Shown here: one piece after another, positions 31,291-38,427 of the stretch
Position numbering within the stretch: the stretch's first letter is position 1
Layout of the letters: each line of letters begins with the position of its first letter
DNA from: Macrostomum lignano
Lineage: Eukaryota
Assembly: GCA_002269645.1 (NCBI GenBank)
Contig: NIVC01004674.1
Coordinates: forward strand, 1 to 38,427
DNA length: 38,427 nucleotides
Reading direction: 5' to 3'
Made by a program: the position numbers and the translations under genes
Notes under the pieces: model-generated
Database searches by the model: none
Told to the model about the DNA's origin: nothing
What the model saw: the letters and a program-made list of their open reading frames with translations, nothing else

Positions 31291-31601
31291 CCAAATTTCA
31301 AGGATTTAAACTGTCAATAACTTTTCCATCTTGGATTGCATGCATTAATTACATTATCGAACAATCAGATGCTACAAAGTATACAAAATTCAAATCAAAT
31401 CAAACAATATTAGACAATTATAGAAAAGTACAAAACTACTATAAATATAACTTAAACAGTAAACAGATAATTATAATACGCAGCGATCTGACACAGCTAG
31501 ATAGAATTAATAATGGGCTGGGCACAAAATCAAAAGTGATACAAAACAGTTCAAACGAGTGCAAGTTATTTAACTTGAAACAGCAAGTGGCAGCATTTCG
31601 G

Positions 31602-31750
31602 GGGAAGGAGATGAGGGAGGGGGTGAGGGAAGGAGATGAGGGAGGGGGTGAGGGAAGGAGATGAGGGAGGGGGTGAGGGAAGGAGATGAGGGAGGGGGTG
31701 AGGGAAGGAGATGAGGGAGGGGTGAGAGGAGATTGATGGGTGAGGGAAGA
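31602..31750 (+). repeat. 25-bp purine-rich repeat (GGGTGAGGGAAGGAGATGAGGGAGG)n
   Basis: ~5 copies, 3' of ERK. Confidence 0.88.
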
Positions 31751-31963
31751 AGTGAGTGACTGTAAGAATGAGCCGAATAGAAGGGGAAGAGTGAGGAAAA
31801 GAGAGGAAGAGATGAAGGGGGGGGTAAAAGCAGGGGAGCAATGGATGACGAGCTGCGCGAAGTGAATCAGTAAAGCGGATGTCCGGCCGAAGGAGACTCA
31901 GCAGACCTGCAGGCAGGGGTGGCGGCAGGTCCTCAATAGAGCAAGGAGAATCTCAGGCCGACT

Positions 31964-35285
<3,322 letters not shown>

Positions 35286-35812
35286 TTAGTATCAAGTTAT
35301 TTAGTACTGATATTTAAGATTTAAATATTTTAATTAAGTTTTAAATAAGCTTATGGACTATCCAATAGACTTGCAAAGCATGTACTAAATATAGCATAAA
35401 ACTCTCAGTTAGGCTATATATTTTCTAATTTAATAGAAAGCTAAGTTAGTAACTTGAAAATGTGAATTGCATGCACTTTACTCAAAAGGCAATTATAGAA
35501 TTATGAAATTGACTTTTTGCAAAATGTCTATCACTGAATGAATTGTAATGAACTTTTTTCCTAATATTTTTAATGCATAAATAGAACTTATATTTGATAT
35601 CTATAGATACTAAATCTTTTCTCTTTCAAATAGAATTTAAAAACTTATATGCACCAATGCCTTTAACCTATATATACCTTTGATATTGCAATATGAAAAA
35701 ACTTTTTGATAACTTGTAACTAACAATATATACAGTTGCCTCAACCAATATATATAGTTATATACAGGAAGTTAGCAAGTTTAAGTTTAGTGTAGTCTCT
35801 ACATGTATAGTT

Positions 35813-36866
35813 TGCAGACATTTAGTCAGTTGCATTGACATAAATTTGGTGTTGTTTGAAAGCAGCAAGTCATCTTTAAAATGACTTGAACTGCAATTGA
35901 TTTGGATTTGTATTTTAAGAGATATGTGCACTTGAGTAGAGGAAGATTGGTCATAGACTTACAGAAGATCAAATGAATGTACCTGCTAAAATTAGCATTC
36001 TGCTCAATGGCAATTGATATTTTTTGCATGTACAAGTTGTTTTTTTGGTCAAATGTAATACAGCAAAAAGCTTTCTCAAAACAATATAAATGAACAAGTT
36101 GTGTCAAAAAATCCTCACTGTTGCTCAATTTTGTTATACCAATCAACAAATGGAAGTGCATTTGAAGACTGGGAAAAGCAACATGCCATCTTTACACTTG
36201 GAGATCTAGGCAACTCTGAACTGTGCATGGAAACCATTCTGTCAGCACCATGATAGTGTGTGAACAAGTTCAGAGGTGGAAGAACTGATGTGAGCAATAT
36301 GCCAAGGCCAGGATGCCATGAGATCCATGACAGTAGCCGCCTAATAGATTGTATTCTCAACTTGATCAATGAAGACTACCACTAAAGCATCTGCAAAATA
36401 GCCAATAGACTAGATTGCTTGAAGTCCACAGTTTACATGTGTCTATAGAAGATGATTCATATCAAGCTGAATGCCCATTGGGTTCCCTAATATGACATGA
36501 AGCTAGATCATCATGCTTGGGTGCAACCTAGGGATTCACTCGGCTATTTCTATTGGCAACACACATGTAAGTTGCTATTGGACAGAATAGTAGTCATGTG
36601 ATTGCTTTCAGCCAATAGCAACTTATATGTGTATGTTGCCAATAGAAATGGCCAAGTGATTCCCAAGGTTGTTCATGTATGATCGTGAGTACAGAAGACT
36701 TTTGTCTAGGGTTCTATAAGTCTTTGACCAATCTCCCTTTGCTTAAGTGCATATATCTCTTAAAATACAAATACAAATTGATTGCAGTTAAGTCATTTTA
36801 AAGTAGAGACTTGCCACTTTCAAACCATACCAAACTTATGTCAATGCAACTTACCAAACGTCTGCT
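35813..36866 (+). mobile_element. Decayed mariner-type DNA transposon with ~155-bp inverted repeats
   Basis: Inverted repeats at 35813-35968 and 36712-36866. Segment 36260-36490 translates VNKFRGGRTDVSNMPRPGC..LINEDYH*SICKIANRLDCLKSTVYMCL*KMIHIKLNAHWVP*, matching the mariner N-terminal HTH region ending in the WVP(H) motif. Confidence 0.75.
36512..36681. mobile_element. Palindromic MITE-like element, copy 2 (decayed), nested in the mariner relic
   Basis: Same termini CATGCTTGGG...CATGTATG as copy 1; most CpGs changed to TpG/CpA. Confidence 0.85.
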
Positions 36867-38427
36867 ACAAGTAAAAGCAACATTATTTTCTACCCACACC
36901 TCATAAAAAAGTTAAAAGTAAAACAAAAATCTTTATAATAAACTAGTTCTTTATAGTACAAAAATATTAACAAGTTTTTTGTTTTTATTTATCTATTTTT
37001 GGAAAGATTAAAAATACAAGCCAAAAATATAGTTTGTGAATTATTGTTTTTGTCTTAGGTGTATTTTTGTGTGCAATATAAATCCATTAACATACATTGC
37101 CATATAGGAACTAGGGGGAAGCAAATTTTGTTTTGGCATATACCAGTACACAATCCTAACAAGGGTATCAAAGCAATGATAATAAGACTAACTCTAGACT
37201 TTTTTACTTTACTTTATAAAAAGGTTAAAGTACTAACAGATTTAGTTAATTTAAATTTTGTTCTTTATATTAATAAAATATAGTTATGCTTAAAATCATA
37301 TGATTTTTTTATGCTAGACTAGAGTCTGGACCATTTATGTCAAATTATTTTTATTAGTTCTTCTGCTAAGGGTTTATGTTAAGACCAACTCAAGACTAGA
37401 CTTACATTGGATATTTCTGGCATAAGTGTCAATGTCATGAATTAGACTATGGCTGACCCATAGACTAGTTAGGAGGATGGCTTTTTGTGGTGTATTGCAC
37501 ACCAAAGATGCACTATAGTTTATATAAGTTCAAGTTCCTTATTCAATGCCATTTGTTTGCACTAATCTCCTCTAAGCATTCTATTGCTACAGTTTCTTCT
37601 ATGGTAATTAACCCAGCCCAAAATTGCTAGAGCTCACCTTCTTGATCTCTTTCAAATAAGAAATATAAAGAATCTTAAGCTTATGAGTTAAATACTTCAG
37701 CTGGAGTTCAATTCACAACACTTTTTTATAGAAAATTCCGACACAAAGGGGGTTAGATGTGCATCACGCTAGAGCAATAGTAGACAAGGAAAAAATGGCG
37801 CAATTTGTTGCAAGACAAAAACATACAGTGATACAAATTTTTTATAGACAGAAAACTAGCATAGGCCCCTATGGCTATAATTTTTTTATTGGCACTTTTT
37901 TGTTTGCCAATAAATTGATAGCTTTTTTAATTAAAATACTTTAACATTATATTTTCTATGAAAAAGATTTAAATACAAGTTTTACCTGTATTTTTTTAAT
38001 GGAAAATAGTGATTTTTGTGTTCTTGTGCCACACTCAGGATCATGTCATGTACGCTGGAAATTTCCGGTGCACATTTGGGACAGCTGGCGTACACTTGGC
38101 GCACAAAATTTTTTAAAAGGGTCTTCTGGCATACACCTTGGCATATATACAATTGGCGCACCCTGCATGGCGCACACTGGAGGAGGCTGCGCCACAGCTA
38201 CTGCAAAAGACAAAATCAAAAAACGTAAAGTACGTGAAGTATGAAATTTTGCACAAAGTTTAACAATGATTTCGCAAAAAATATTATAATAACAATTGAC
38301 AACCGTTGCTTCATTTAAAATATTCTTTAAATTGTGTTTTATTTCTTCTTTTTATTCTTTACTTTTGAAATTAAAAACATAAATCTTCAAATCCTCAATT
38401 TATAATCTTTACTTGTGTGACGAGTTT

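Noticed and set aside
36900-38427. Short ORFs in the AT-rich end of the window, and a search for ERK exon 1
   Set aside because: No GxGxYG exon or other recognisable coding signal; treated as ERK intron.

Overview
Eukaryotic (metazoan) genomic DNA. GC-rich spliced exons are separated by introns that nearly all carry their own minisatellite. The style suggests a flatworm such as Macrostomum, but this is inference only. Six genes could be built by hand from splice signals and recalled homology: (1) a 9-exon secreted-type protein (-, 1770-12433) resembling only the membrane-proximal part (degenerate EC, NC/SEA-like, EGF, LamG, EGF, LamG, EGF) of non-chordate classical cadherins; (2) WDR53 (-); (3) MMGT1/EMC5 (-), ending 103 nt before the WDR53 ATG; (4) gluconokinase IDNK (+); (5) ABHD13 (+); (6) a 5'-truncated ERK MAP kinase (-) with a 1-nt frameshift at the APE motif. 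There are about 25 tandem arrays, two copies of a palindromic MITE-like element, a decayed mariner element and a tRNA-like (SINE head) segment. The most unusual feature is in the 150-nt last intron of EMC5. It carries about 50 nt antisense to the 28S rRNA helix 69-71 region in two blocks. The conserved R2/I-PpoI target between the blocks is replaced by an inverted copy of the flank that closes a hairpin. Most long ORFs in the supplied track are repeat translations. All homology calls are from memory and need database confirmation.
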